DNA of 64,000 nucleotides. Source: Dictyostelium discoideum (Eukaryota). Each line of letters starts with the position of its first letter. The stretch's first letter is position 1. Position numbers and translations under genes: made by a program. The stretch spans positions 8,096,001 to 8,160,000 of the forward strand of contig CM000151.3 of the NCBI GenBank assembly GCA_000004695.1, in the 5' to 3' direction. The notes below the pieces were generated by a model, which did no database searches, was not told the DNA's origin, and worked only from the letters and a program-made list of their open reading frames with translations. Positions 1 through 11,380 of the stretch are shown here, piece by piece.

Positions 1-118
1 TTACACATAATGGTGTTGGGTGCCAGATAGGGCACTTTTTAAAATAATTTAATTTTAAAAAAAAAAATAAAATAAAAAAATAAAAAAAATATATTATATT
101 CGACTTCAAAAAATTTCA

Positions 119-161
<43 letters not shown>

Positions 162-396
162 CATTATATTTCATAACCCTCATAAATAATATTTATTAAT
201 ACAAATCTTCTTTTTTTATTTTAATTAATTATTTAATAACTTGTAAAATATTATATATATTTTTTTATTTTAAATTTATTTATTTTTTAATTTTTTATTA
301 ATTTTAATAACCCACTCCACAAAAACCCGTTTAATAATTTCACAAAAAAAAAAAAAAAAAAAAAAAAAATATTTTATTGTGTTTGCATATAAACAA

Positions 397-427
<31 letters not shown>

Positions 428-570
428 AAAAAAAAACAATAATATTTAAGATATTTATAAAAAAAAAAAGAAAAAAAAAAACCTTCCGAATTTTATATAA
501 AGAAAAAAAAAACAATAATATTTAGATATTTATAAAAAAAAAAAAAAAAAAAACAAATAAATTAAAGAAA

Positions 571-1513
571 ATGTATAATCCACCACCACCATCCGGTTCA
601 CAAGGTAACAATAATTATTATAGACAACCATCATCCACACCCGGTGTTTCTAACCCAAATCCACAAGCTAATCAATTTTTACCACCTCCACCTTCTAATA
701 CACAAGCTCCAAGACCAGGATTTCCACCAAGTGCTCCACCACCAAGTGCCCCAGCAGGACAATACAGTATGCCACCACCACCACAACAACAGCAACAAGC
801 AGGACAATATGGTATGCCACCACCACCATCAGGTTCAGGTATAGGTACAGGTGTTTCATTAGTAAAAGATCAACAAATTTCATTAAGTAAAGAGGATCCA
901 TATCTTAGAAAATTAACAGTAGGTTTAGGTTGGGATGTAAATACAACACCAAGTGCACCATTTGATTTGGATGCAGTAGTTTTTATGTTGGGTGCAAATG
1001 GTATGGTTCGTCAACCAGCAGATTTTATTTTTTATAATAACAAACAATCTAGGGATGGTTCAATCTTTCATCATGGTGATAATTTAACAGGTGCAGGTGA
1101 TGGAGACGATGAAGTCGTATCTGTAAACTTACAAGCAGTTTCACCTGACGTTACTCGTTTGGTTTTCGCCGTCACCATTCATCAACCTGAATTAAGAAGA
1201 CAAAATTTCGGTATGGTTCCAAGAGCTTTCATTCGTATTGCAAACCAAGAAACAACTAGAAATATATGTAGATACGATCTAACCAATGAAGGTGGTACAA
1301 ATACTGCTATGATTGTTGGTGAAGTTTATCGTGATCCTCAAAATCCTCAAAATTGGTCATTTATTGCTGTTGGTAAATCTTTCCCTGGTGGTTTACAATT
1401 CCTTTGTCAAATCTTTGGTGTAAGTTATATTTATTAATTAATTTTTTTTTTTTTTTTTAATTTTATTAACAATTATTTTTTTTTTATTTATTATATAGGT
1501 AAATGCGTCATAA
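571..1513 (+). CDS. TerD-domain protein, CABP1-like (cAMP-binding protein / tellurium-resistance TerD family); exons 571..1419 and 1499..1513
   Basis: 288-aa ORF with a Pro/Gln/Gly-rich N-terminus ([18 protein letters not shown] repeats) followed by a TerD-like core ([13 protein letters not shown]...[19 protein letters not shown]...[12 protein letters not shown]). In-frame GTAAGT donor at 1420 and tatatag acceptor ending at 1498 give a C-terminus ...QIFG-VNAS*. The Dictyostelium CABP1 family is known to be TerD-related. Confidence 0.8.
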
Positions 1514-2023
1514 ATTTTTTAATTTTAATTTTTTCTTAGGCATTTTTGGCAAATTAGTTGGTTGGAATTTTCACTCATAATTTTGTATACAGATATTTTT
1601 TTTTATTCCACATAACACAATAAACAATCACTTTTTTTGTTCTAAAATTACACTTTTATTTTTTATTTTTTTATTTTTGTTTAACCCAATTTTTAACCTA
1701 CTCGTTAACGTGGGAAGATTTTTTTTTTCCCAAGTTTCCAATTGTTTTTAAAATTTTATTTTTTTATTTTTTATTTTTTTATTGATGCCCTTTCAACTCT
1801 AAACGATTTTTTTTAAAAATTCAAACAAATTTTAAATTGCCGAATCGTTTTTTCAAGATCTGATTAGGCAAGTTTTTTCCACCAAAAGAATAAAAAAAAT
1901 TTTTAAAAAGTTGGGCTAAAGATATTTTAAAATATTTTTTTTTTTTTTTTTTGCAGTTTTAATTTTTTATTATAATTTTATTTTATTATATATATTTTTC
2001 AAAGAGTATACCACTAAATTAAA

Positions 2024-2948
2024 ATGTTAAAATTTATTCAAAAAATTTCAAAATCAAGGTGTAATTTTTTATATATATTTTTAATTTTAATTTTAATTAA
2101 TTTTTCAAATCCAAAAGTAAATTCTCAAACATTAAATAAAAATGAATATGATTGTTTAAAGAGTTTGTTAACCAATTTGGGATCAATCAATAAAGTTAAA
2201 ATTAATGCAACATCTTTAGAATATTTATTTTGTGGTACAATGGAATTTTCATCACCAAATGTTCAAATATTTTGTAATGAAGGTTCAATTTCAAAACTAA
2301 ATGTAGGACAAGCTAATTTCACATATACAGTAACTGATGATTTTTCATGTTTTAAAAATATGACTGAATTATCAGTGGATGATATTGTTTATGATAAAGA
2401 TAAATTTTATAATTAATATCCTCCAAATGCAAAAGAATTTTCATTTGATGGCACTGATTTAGTTTATGGAACTATTTCACCAATTATTAAAAAATATAAC
2501 TCAATGTCAATACAAAAAATACCAACAATAATTAAATTTTCTTGGTATTTAAATACAACTAAAATGTAGGTATAAAATAAATTATTATTATAATTAAAAT
2601 TATTTTTTTTTTAATCATTTTTATTTTCCTATTTAAAAAAAAAAAAAAAGTCATATAGAACTCTTTAGTACCTTTTAAAGGATATTTTTTAGTTTCATTT
2701 GATAATGATCTTGATGGTTCAAAAATTTGGGATTGTTCTATTTTAATTCATTCTCTAAATGTTCCATCATTAAATTTTATTACAGGCGATATTTCTTTAA
2801 ATCTAATGTTAGATTACGATCAATCATCATGGGGAAATATTACAACTTTTGGAGGAATGAGATATATGTCTCTAAGAGCTTCAGATTTATCATCTTTTCC
2901 ATTAGAGTTTTCAAATTTAAGATCTGAAGTTTTAAAATCTATGTATGT

Positions 2949-2992
<44 letters not shown>

Positions 2993-5621
2993 GACAAAAA
3001 AAAAAAAAAAAAAAGATATATTGAAATACCATTTTTAGCAGTATCTTCAAAGATTGATTTATCATTAATAGGAAAATCATTAGAATCATTATCTTTTTTT
3101 CATCCAAATAATTTTACATTTGGCGGCTTATTTCCAATAATTTTACCATCCAATGAAGCATTTAAAAAATTGGAATTTGTTAATGGAAATATTGAAACAT
3201 TTGATTTTTCATTATTTACAAATGTTGAAACATTATCATTAGAAAGTAATTTAATGTCAAATGATTTTCCTTCAAGTTTCAATAGAACAATTCATAGAAA
3301 ATTAAAACACCTTGATATAAGTAATAATAAAATGACAGGTACAATTGATGATTCATTTTGTCAATTAGAAATCATTGTTACAAATAATTCAATGACAGGT
3401 TTAATTCCAACTTGTTTTACATGTTTCTTTGGATTACCAGAAATAAATTTAGAAAGATATTTTATTGGAAATAATTTTATAAATTTAAATACACCTTCTT
3501 CACCATGTAAGTGTTTTATTTTTTATTTTTTATTTTTTATTTTTTATTTTTTATTTTTTTTTTTTAATTTGTTTTTTTTTACTAATTCCATTTATGATAT
3601 ATATATATATTTGTATTTAAGCAATTATCATTCCAAATATAGTTTTTAATAATACTTCAATTATTGAGGGTATTCCAATAGTTTTTTATGAATATTTAAT
3701 ATTTGGTGAAAATTTAGGTGGTAGTTGGGTTCCATTTACAGCTGTCTCTGATTCTGTAGGAACACCAATGATTTTTTCAATGATTGAGTCAAATAGTTTA
3801 TTTAAAGTATTTTGCTATGGAGAGCCCAAGTTTCCTTTAAACTTATCATACAGTAAGTCTAACCCAAACTATACATTTACTTTATCATTGGGAATACCAC
3901 CAATATTAAATTTAGTAGATTGGCAATCAAGTACAACTGATTTAGTAATAGATGGTTCATTCTTTACATATAATGGTTCTATAATTAATATTACAATTGG
4001 TAATGAAAATTGTTTCGTTACAAATACAAATTTTTATCAAATTAAATGTAAACTTTCAAATGTTATAGATCAATCATTAGAGGATATTATATCATATATT
4101 ACAATTGGTAATTTTAAAACTCAATTCACTTTAAATCCAGGTGTAATAAATACAATTTTAAATTGTACTGAAAATTATAATGATTGTAATGGTAATGGTA
4201 ATTGTTTATCTGATATTGGTAAATGTAAATGTGATTCAACTCATCAAGGTGATGATTGCTCAATCCCATATATAGAATGTTTAAATGATTGTAATAATGT
4301 TGGTCAATGTAATAATCAAACTGGTATTTGTTCATGCCCAATCACTCCTTACGAATGGATTGGTATTGATTGTTCAATTCCATTACATACAATATCAGCA
4401 GTTTCACCAAGTGATACCAATGGTGGTAGTGCTTCGATTTATGGTTGGTTTAGTAATAATCATACTGATCCACAAGTTTTCATTGGTAATAAACAATGTA
4501 TACCAATTTTTAGTATATCTGAAAGTGAAATTATTTGTAAAGCACCACCAGGTACAGGTTTAAAATCAGTAAGTGTAATTCAAAATTCAATCAATGTAAC
4601 ATCAAAAGATATTTATCAATATTATTCAAATGATAAACAATGTCCAAATCATTGTACATCGACATCAAATGGTATTTGTAATACAACAACTGGATATTGT
4701 AATTGTATCGGGAGATGGAGCGGTTATGATTGTAGTTTATATTCAAATCCAAGTGGTGGCGATAATAATAGTGGAATACCAGGATCAAATACAACAATAG
4801 ATGGTAATACTGGTAATACAAACATTACAAATCAACAAACAAATTATCAAATTTTAATTACAAAATTAATAGAGATAGATTTCAATGGTAATCAAATCAA
4901 TGAATATCTTTTATTAAATAAATGGTCAATAATTTCAAATATTAGTAAAACAGTTTACACATTCATTCAATCAATTCAAAATGATATATGTAATATTACA
5001 TATACAATTGAAGAAGTTAATAAAGATAGAGATGTATCATTTGCAGGTATTAATTTTAAATTAACAAGTGGATCAGTTAAAATGACAGTATCAATTGAAA
5101 ATTATCAATATTCAAGTAATTTAAATACATTACAATTACAAATGAAATCAAGTGTAAATGAAATTCAAACAAATAATGAAATGAATGATTGTAACGATGA
5201 TCAAATTGAAATTGATAGTACACCGAACCAAGATAATTCATTAAATTATATAACAATTAAAAAAGATGCAAAAGTTTTAAATGGTAGATTTATAGACAGA
5301 ATCGAAAGTGATGGTATATCAACATTTATGCAAACTGTGTTAGTATCAAAATCAAATGATTCAATTACAGTTGGTATGAATTTACCTCATTGTACAAAGA
5401 AATGTTTATTAGATCCTGACTTCTCTGTATTGATTAGTCCTGAATTCATTGATGAATGTGATGATAATAATCGTGAGTCATGGTTTTTACCAGTTGTGAT
5501 CGCTGTTCCAGTTGGAGGTCTAGCTGCAATTATTGCTATTGTTTTCATAATTTACAAAAAAAGATTTGTTGAAGCCCCATTAAAAAGAAAATTAAAATCA
5601 CTTAGAAATTATAAAAATTAA
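2024..5621 (+). pseudogene. Paralog A of an LRR / EGF-like / IPT-TIG single-pass membrane protein family; apparently disrupted; exons approx 2024..2565, ~2659/2693..2942, 3016..3506, 3622..5621
   Basis: Same four-exon architecture as the intact paralog C at 10401..13993, with near-identical nucleotide sequence in exons 1-4. TCA->TAA in exon 1 (2414..2416; C has aattCatatcc, A has aattAatatcc). A 1-nt insertion just after the predicted exon-2 acceptor creates an in-frame TAG (2656..2658). Exons 3-4 are fully open: signal peptide, LRR-like NxL repeats, CxCDSTHQGDDCS EGF-like, ISAVSPSDTNGGSASIYGWF IPT/TIG, TM LPVVIAVPVGGLAAIIAIVFIIY. Confidence 0.5.
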
Positions 5622-5941
5622 AATTGAAAATAAAAAAAGAAATAAAAAATAAAAATATCTAACCCAGGCATCTATAAAGTATAAAAAAAAAAAAAATAGT
5701 GGAAATAAAAAAAAAAAAAAAAAAAAGGTTTATATTAGAACAGATCCGAGCTGTGTTTAAAAAAAAAAAACTTTTTAATATTCAAAAGGTTTTAAAAAAA
5801 AAAAAATGGAAAAAATCAAAAAAAAAAAGAAAAAACAATGATGATTTTTTGTTTAAAAAAAAAAAACGTCTTTCCCAAACATAGATTTGTTTTCCAATAA
5901 ATTTCAAAACTAAAAAACAAAAACCCGAAAAGACACTCTTA

Positions 5942-6019
5942 TTTTTTTTATTTAATATCTTTTAAATTTTTATTCATTACGTAATGAATAAAAATTTAAA
6001 AGATATTAAATAAAAAAAA
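5942..6019. repeat. Perfect 78-bp palindrome (two 39-bp inverted arms, centre tac|gta at 5980/5981)
   Basis: Left arm 5942..5980 is the exact reverse complement of 5981..6019 (...ttaatatcttttaaatttttattcattacgtaatgaataaaaatttaaaagatattaa...). Flanked by a second imperfect inverted pair (aaacgtctttc at 5866 / gaaaagacgttt at 6046). Confidence 0.9.
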
Positions 6020-6197
6020 ATACGTAATTCAAATAAAATTTTGAAAAGACGTTTTTTTTTTTTTATTTTTGATCAATTAAATATATCATAATAATAATAA
6101 TAATAATAATATTAAATAATATTAAAAATAAATAAATAAAAATATAAAATAAAAAAAAAATAATTTTAAAAATAGTTAATTATTAAAAAAAAAGTAA

Positions 6198-7156
6198 ATG
6201 AAAAAATCTAAATCATTGATTTTTTATTTTTTTTTTATTTTTTTTTTATCTATTCAAGTAAATTCAAATGAATTAAATAAAAAAGAATATGATTGTTTGG
6301 TAAACTTTTTAACAAATTTGGGAAAAATATCAAATGTTGGTAAAAATGAAAAAACATTTGAATATGAATTTTGTAATCCCTTTTTTGTTTCATTACCAAC
6401 CGAAATAAAATGTAATCAAGGTTCAATCACTTATTTAGATACTGTTCAGTCAAATATTAGCTATATAATTAAAGATGAATTATTATGTTTTGATAATATT
6501 AATTATTTTTTACTTTCAAATATTAATTATGATAGTGCCATATTTTTCAATTCTTTCCCAAAGAGTTTAAATAAAGTTATTTTGACTGGAACGAATTTAC
6601 AATTTTCCAAAGTTACAAAAGATCTTCAAACGTTATCGATATCAATTATTTCTCAAAAAATTCCAACTACATTAAAATTTTCTTGGTTTTATAAAACTAC
6701 TCAATTGTATGTATTTATTAAATTTTTAAAAAGTTAAAAATTTGTATTAATTAAATATTAAATTGTTTTTTTGAAAAAAAAAAAAAATAAAAATAAAAAA
6801 AAAAAATAAAAAAAAAAAAAAAAATAAAAAAAAAAAAAAAAAAAAAAAATTAGTATTTTATCATCTACAAGTTTTTCAAGCAATAAAACACATTCAATAG
6901 CATTTGAAAATGATCTTAAAGATTCTGAAATTTGGGAAACTAATTACTTTAATATTATTTCATTAAATTTGCCAAAATTTAATAATGTTAAAGGATTTGT
7001 TCAAATCGAGTTAATAGAAGGATATAATCAAACTTCGTGGTCTAATATTAAAGAGATTGGGAATGTAACAAATATCTATATTAGAACAAATGATTTAACA
7101 GAATTTCCAAATGATCATCTATCAAATATCAGGTCTGATTCGATAGAGAAAATGTA

Positions 7157-7195
<39 letters not shown>

Positions 7196-9854
7196 ATATT
7201 AAATTAAACATTTAATTTTTTTTATTACTTAGAAATTTTGAAGTTCCGTTTAAATCTGTTAAAAAAATGTGCGATTTATCATCAATAGGTAAATCAATTC
7301 AAATTATTTCCTTTTCAAAATGTGGTAGAGATTTTTCATTTAATGGTTTAATGCCAATAATTTTACCAAATAACCAAGATTTTCAATATTTTTTTTTAAT
7401 TGGTGGCTATATTAAGAATTTTGATATTTTGCAATATAAAAGTGCTGAATATATTACATTAAGCAATAATTTGATGTCTGGTACCTTACCTTCAATTAAT
7501 AGTTTTAAATTCGGTAAATTAAAATATATTGATATTGGTTTTAATTTAATAACAGGTGAATTGGATGACTCATATTGTGAATTTGATATTATTGTAAACA
7601 ATAACTCAATGACTGGATTAATTCCAACCTGTTTTACATGTTTCTTTGGACTAACTGAATTAAATTTAAAATCGAGATTCATTGGTAATAATTTTACAAA
7701 TTTAGATCAACCTTCATCTCCATGTAAGTTGAAGTAGTATTTTTTAACTTTTTTTTAAAATTAAAAAGATTGAATAAATTTGAAAAAAAATTACTGACTA
7801 TATTTTATTTATAATAATAAAGCAATTATTTCACCAAATTTGATTTTCTCAAATATTGAAATATTTCAAGGTCAACCTCATTATAAATATTATATCTTTG
7901 GTGAAAATTTAGGTGGGGCTTGGATTGATGAATCAAATGCAGAGATTATTGGCTTTGATGTGAAATTTAGGGTAATAAAACCAAATAAACTAATATCACT
8001 TTACTCTCTTTCATCATTTTCTAGTATTGTAACATTTTCATATAGTAGAATAAATTCAAATTATAGATTTACTTTATCAGCAGATTTAATAACACCAAAA
8101 TTAATAAAGGTTGAATGGGTTAGTAATTCTCAAGATTTAGCTTTTGAAGGTTTTTATTTTTCCTATAATAAATCAATAATTAACATTTCAATTGGTGATG
8201 TTAATTGTCAAGTTACAAGTAGTACTTTTTATAATATTAACTGTACTCTTTTGGCACCAATAGATCTTACTTTAATTGATATTGTATCATTTATAACAGT
8301 TGGTAATTTAACAACTCAGTTCACTTTAAATCCAGGTGTTACAAATAATTTACTATATTGTATTAATGGATGTGGTGGAAATGGAATTTGTTTTTCCGAT
8401 ATTGGTAAATGTAAATGTGATTCGACTCATCAAGGTGATGATTGTTCATTACCATATATTGAATGTCCAATTAATTGTACCAATTTAAGTGTATGTAATA
8501 ATGTAACTGGTGAATGTTCATGTCCATCATTCTTAATTTGGAGCGGTATTGATTGCTCATTTCCATTACATACAATATCTGCAGTTTCACCAAGTGATAT
8601 CAATGGTGGTAGTGCTTCAATTTATGGTTGGTTTGGTAATATTCATAATGACCCACAAGTTTTCATTGGTACTAAACAATGTATACCAATTTATAATATA
8701 TCTGAAAGTGAAATTATTTGTAAAGCACCACCAGGTACAGGTTTAAAATCAGTAAGTGTAATTCAAAATTCAATCAATGTGACATCAAAAGATATTTATC
8801 AATATTATTCAAATGATAAACAATGTCCAAATCATTGTACATCGACATCAAATGGCATTTGTAATACAACAACTGGATATTGTAATTGTATTGGAAGATG
8901 GAGCGGTTATGATTGTAGTTTATATTCTAATCCAAGTGGCGGTGGCGATAATAGTGGTGGATTACCAGGATCTAATACAACAATAGATGGTAATACTGGT
9001 AATACAAATATTACACTGGTAATACAAATATTACAAATCAACACACAAATTATCAAATTTTAATTACAAAATTAATAGAGATAGATTTCAATGGTAATCA
9101 AATCAATGAATATCTATTATTAAATAAATGGTCAATAATTTCGAATATTAGTAAAACAGTTTACACATTCAATCAATCAATTCAAAATGATAAATGTAAT
9201 ATCACATATACAATTGAAGAAGTTAATAAAGATAGAGATGTATCATTTGCGGGTATTAATTTTAAATTAACAAGTGGATCAGTTAAAATGACAGTATCAA
9301 TTGAAAATTATCAATATTCAAGTAATTTAAATACATTACAATTACAAATGAAATCAAGTGTAAATGAAATTCAAATAAATCATGAAATGAATGATTGTAA
9401 CAATGATCAAATTGAAATCAATAATACACCAAATCAATATAATTCATTAAATTATATAACAATTAAAAAAGATGCAAAAGTTTTAAATGGTAGATTTATA
9501 GACAGAATCGAAAGTGATGGTATATCAACATTTATGCAAACTGTATTAGTATCAAAATCAAATGACTCAATTACAGTTGGTATGAATTTACCTCATTGTA
9601 CAAAGAAATGTTTATTAGATCCTGATTTCTCTGTATTGGTTAGTCCTGAATTCGTTGATGAATGTGATAATGATCGAAAATCCTTTTTTTTACCAGTTGT
9701 TATAGTGGTTCCTATTGTTTTTTTAATTTTAATAATTATTTTTGTAGTTATTACTATAAAAAAAAGATATGTTGAGATGTATTTATTTAAATCAAAAATA
9801 AAACAATTGGCAAACTTAAAAAATATTAAAATAAATAAAAAAACAGAATTATAA
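6198..9854 (+). pseudogene. Paralog B of the LRR/EGF/IPT-TIG membrane protein family; frameshifted in exon 4; exons approx 6198..6706, 6854..7153, 7233..7723, 7823..9854
   Basis: Exon junctions are phase-consistent (TT|GTATGT...ag|T; AT|GTAAGT...ag|A; T|GTAAGT...ag|CA). A 20-bp tandem duplication (ACTGGTAATACAAATATTAC x2 at 8995..9034), absent from paralogs A and C, shifts the frame so translation terminates at 9061..9063. The downstream 9064..9854 (IPT/TIG, TM, tail) remains open only in the +2 frame. The N-terminal exons are much more diverged from A/C than A and C are from each other. Confidence 0.55.
8995..9034 (+). repeat. 20-bp x2 tandem duplication causing the frameshift in paralog B
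   Basis: ACTGGTAATACAAATATTAC occurs twice consecutively here, but once at the homologous positions in paralogs A (~4803) and C (~13177). Confidence 0.85.
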
Positions 9855-10400
9855 TAAATAAAAATTTGATTAACAGGATTCATTTTAAAAAATTTTTAAA
9901 TATCTTCCAAACAAATCCAAATATCCATTTTCTTTTTTTTAAAAACAAATCAACACTGAAAATTCTTAAGTTTGTACGGCCGTACACAAAGTAATTTTAT
10001 GCACACCTATTTTACCTTTATTTTCCCTTTATTTTTACATTTTTTTTTTTTTGGTGAATTTTTTAGAAAAAAAAAAAAAAGAAATAAAAAAAACGAAAAA
10101 AAAAAATCAAACACCGCAATTACCTTCCGGCAAAACATTAAAATAAAAAAATAAAAATAAGATATTTTTTTTTAATATTTTCATTTTTGTGTCTGTTCGG
10201 TGTTTCAACCAAAATTTTAATCTATTAATCGTTTTGTTTAAAAAAAAAAAAAATGTTAAAATGTTGGGAAAAAGTTTTTTTTTTTTTTTTTTTAATTTTA
10301 ATTTATTTTATTTTATAATAATTTTATTTATTTTATTTATTTTATTTAATTTTAATTAATTTTATTTTATTTATTTTTCAAAATATATCTCCAAATTAAA

Positions 10401-11337
10401 ATGTTGAATTTTATTCAAAAAATTTCAAAATCTGGGTGTAATTTTTTTTATTTATTTTTAATTTTAATTTTAATTAATTTTTCAAATCCAAAAGTAAATT
10501 CTCAAACATTAAATAAAAATGAATATGATTGTTTAAAGAGTTTGTTAACAAATTTGGGATCAATCAATAAAGTTAAAATTAATACAACATCTTTAGAATA
10601 TTTATTTTGTGGTACATTGGAATTTCTATCACCAAATGTTAAAATATTTTGTAATGAAGGTTCAATTTCAAAATTAAGTGTAGGACAAGCTAATTTCACA
10701 TATACAGTAACTGATGATTTTTCATGTTTTAAAAATATGACTAATTTATCTGTTGATAATATTGTTTATGATAAAGATAAATTTTATAATTCATATCCTC
10801 CAAATGCAAAAGAATTTTCATTTGATGGCACTGATTTAGTTTATGGAACTATTTCACCAATTATTAAAATTTTTGACTCAATGTCAATACAAAATATACC
10901 AACAATAATTAAATTTTCTTGGTATTTAAATACAACTAAAATGTAAGTTTAAAATTAATTATTATTATTATTATTTTAATGAATACTAATAAAATTTTTT
11001 TTTTTATCATTTTTATTTTTCCTATTTAAAAAAAAAAAAGTGTAATAGCCTCTTTCGTACCTTTTAAAGGATATTTTTTAGTTTCATTTGATAATGATCT
11101 TGATGGTTCAAAAATTTGGGATTGTTCTATTTTAATTCATTCTCTAAATGTTCCATCATTAAATTTTATTACAGGTGAAATTACTTTAAATCTAATGTTA
11201 GATTACGATCAATCATCATGGGGAAATATTACAACTTTTGGAGGAATGAGATATATGTCTCTAATATCTTCAAATTTATCATATTTTCCATTAGAATTTT
11301 CAAATTTAAGATCTGAAGTTTTAAAATCTATGTATGT

Positions 11338-11380
<43 letters not shown>

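Noticed and set aside
1-45. Possible 3' end of a minus-strand gene at the window edge (…KSALSGTQHHYV* ending with TAA at 3..1)
   Set aside because: Only 14 codons are visible at the boundary and there is no recognisable motif, so the evidence is insufficient to call a feature.
276-515. Minus-strand 79-aa ORF (poly-F/K rich)
   Set aside because: Lies entirely in poly-A/poly-T intergenic DNA upstream of the TerD gene. Translation is homopolymeric (FFFFFF, KKKK), so it is a low-complexity artefact.
2945-3649. ORF beginning MYYKKKKKKKKKKKKTDKKKKKK
   Set aside because: The poly-Lys start is an A33 intronic tract read through. The real exon 3 of paralog A begins at the ag acceptor at 3014..3015 (YIEIPFLAV...).
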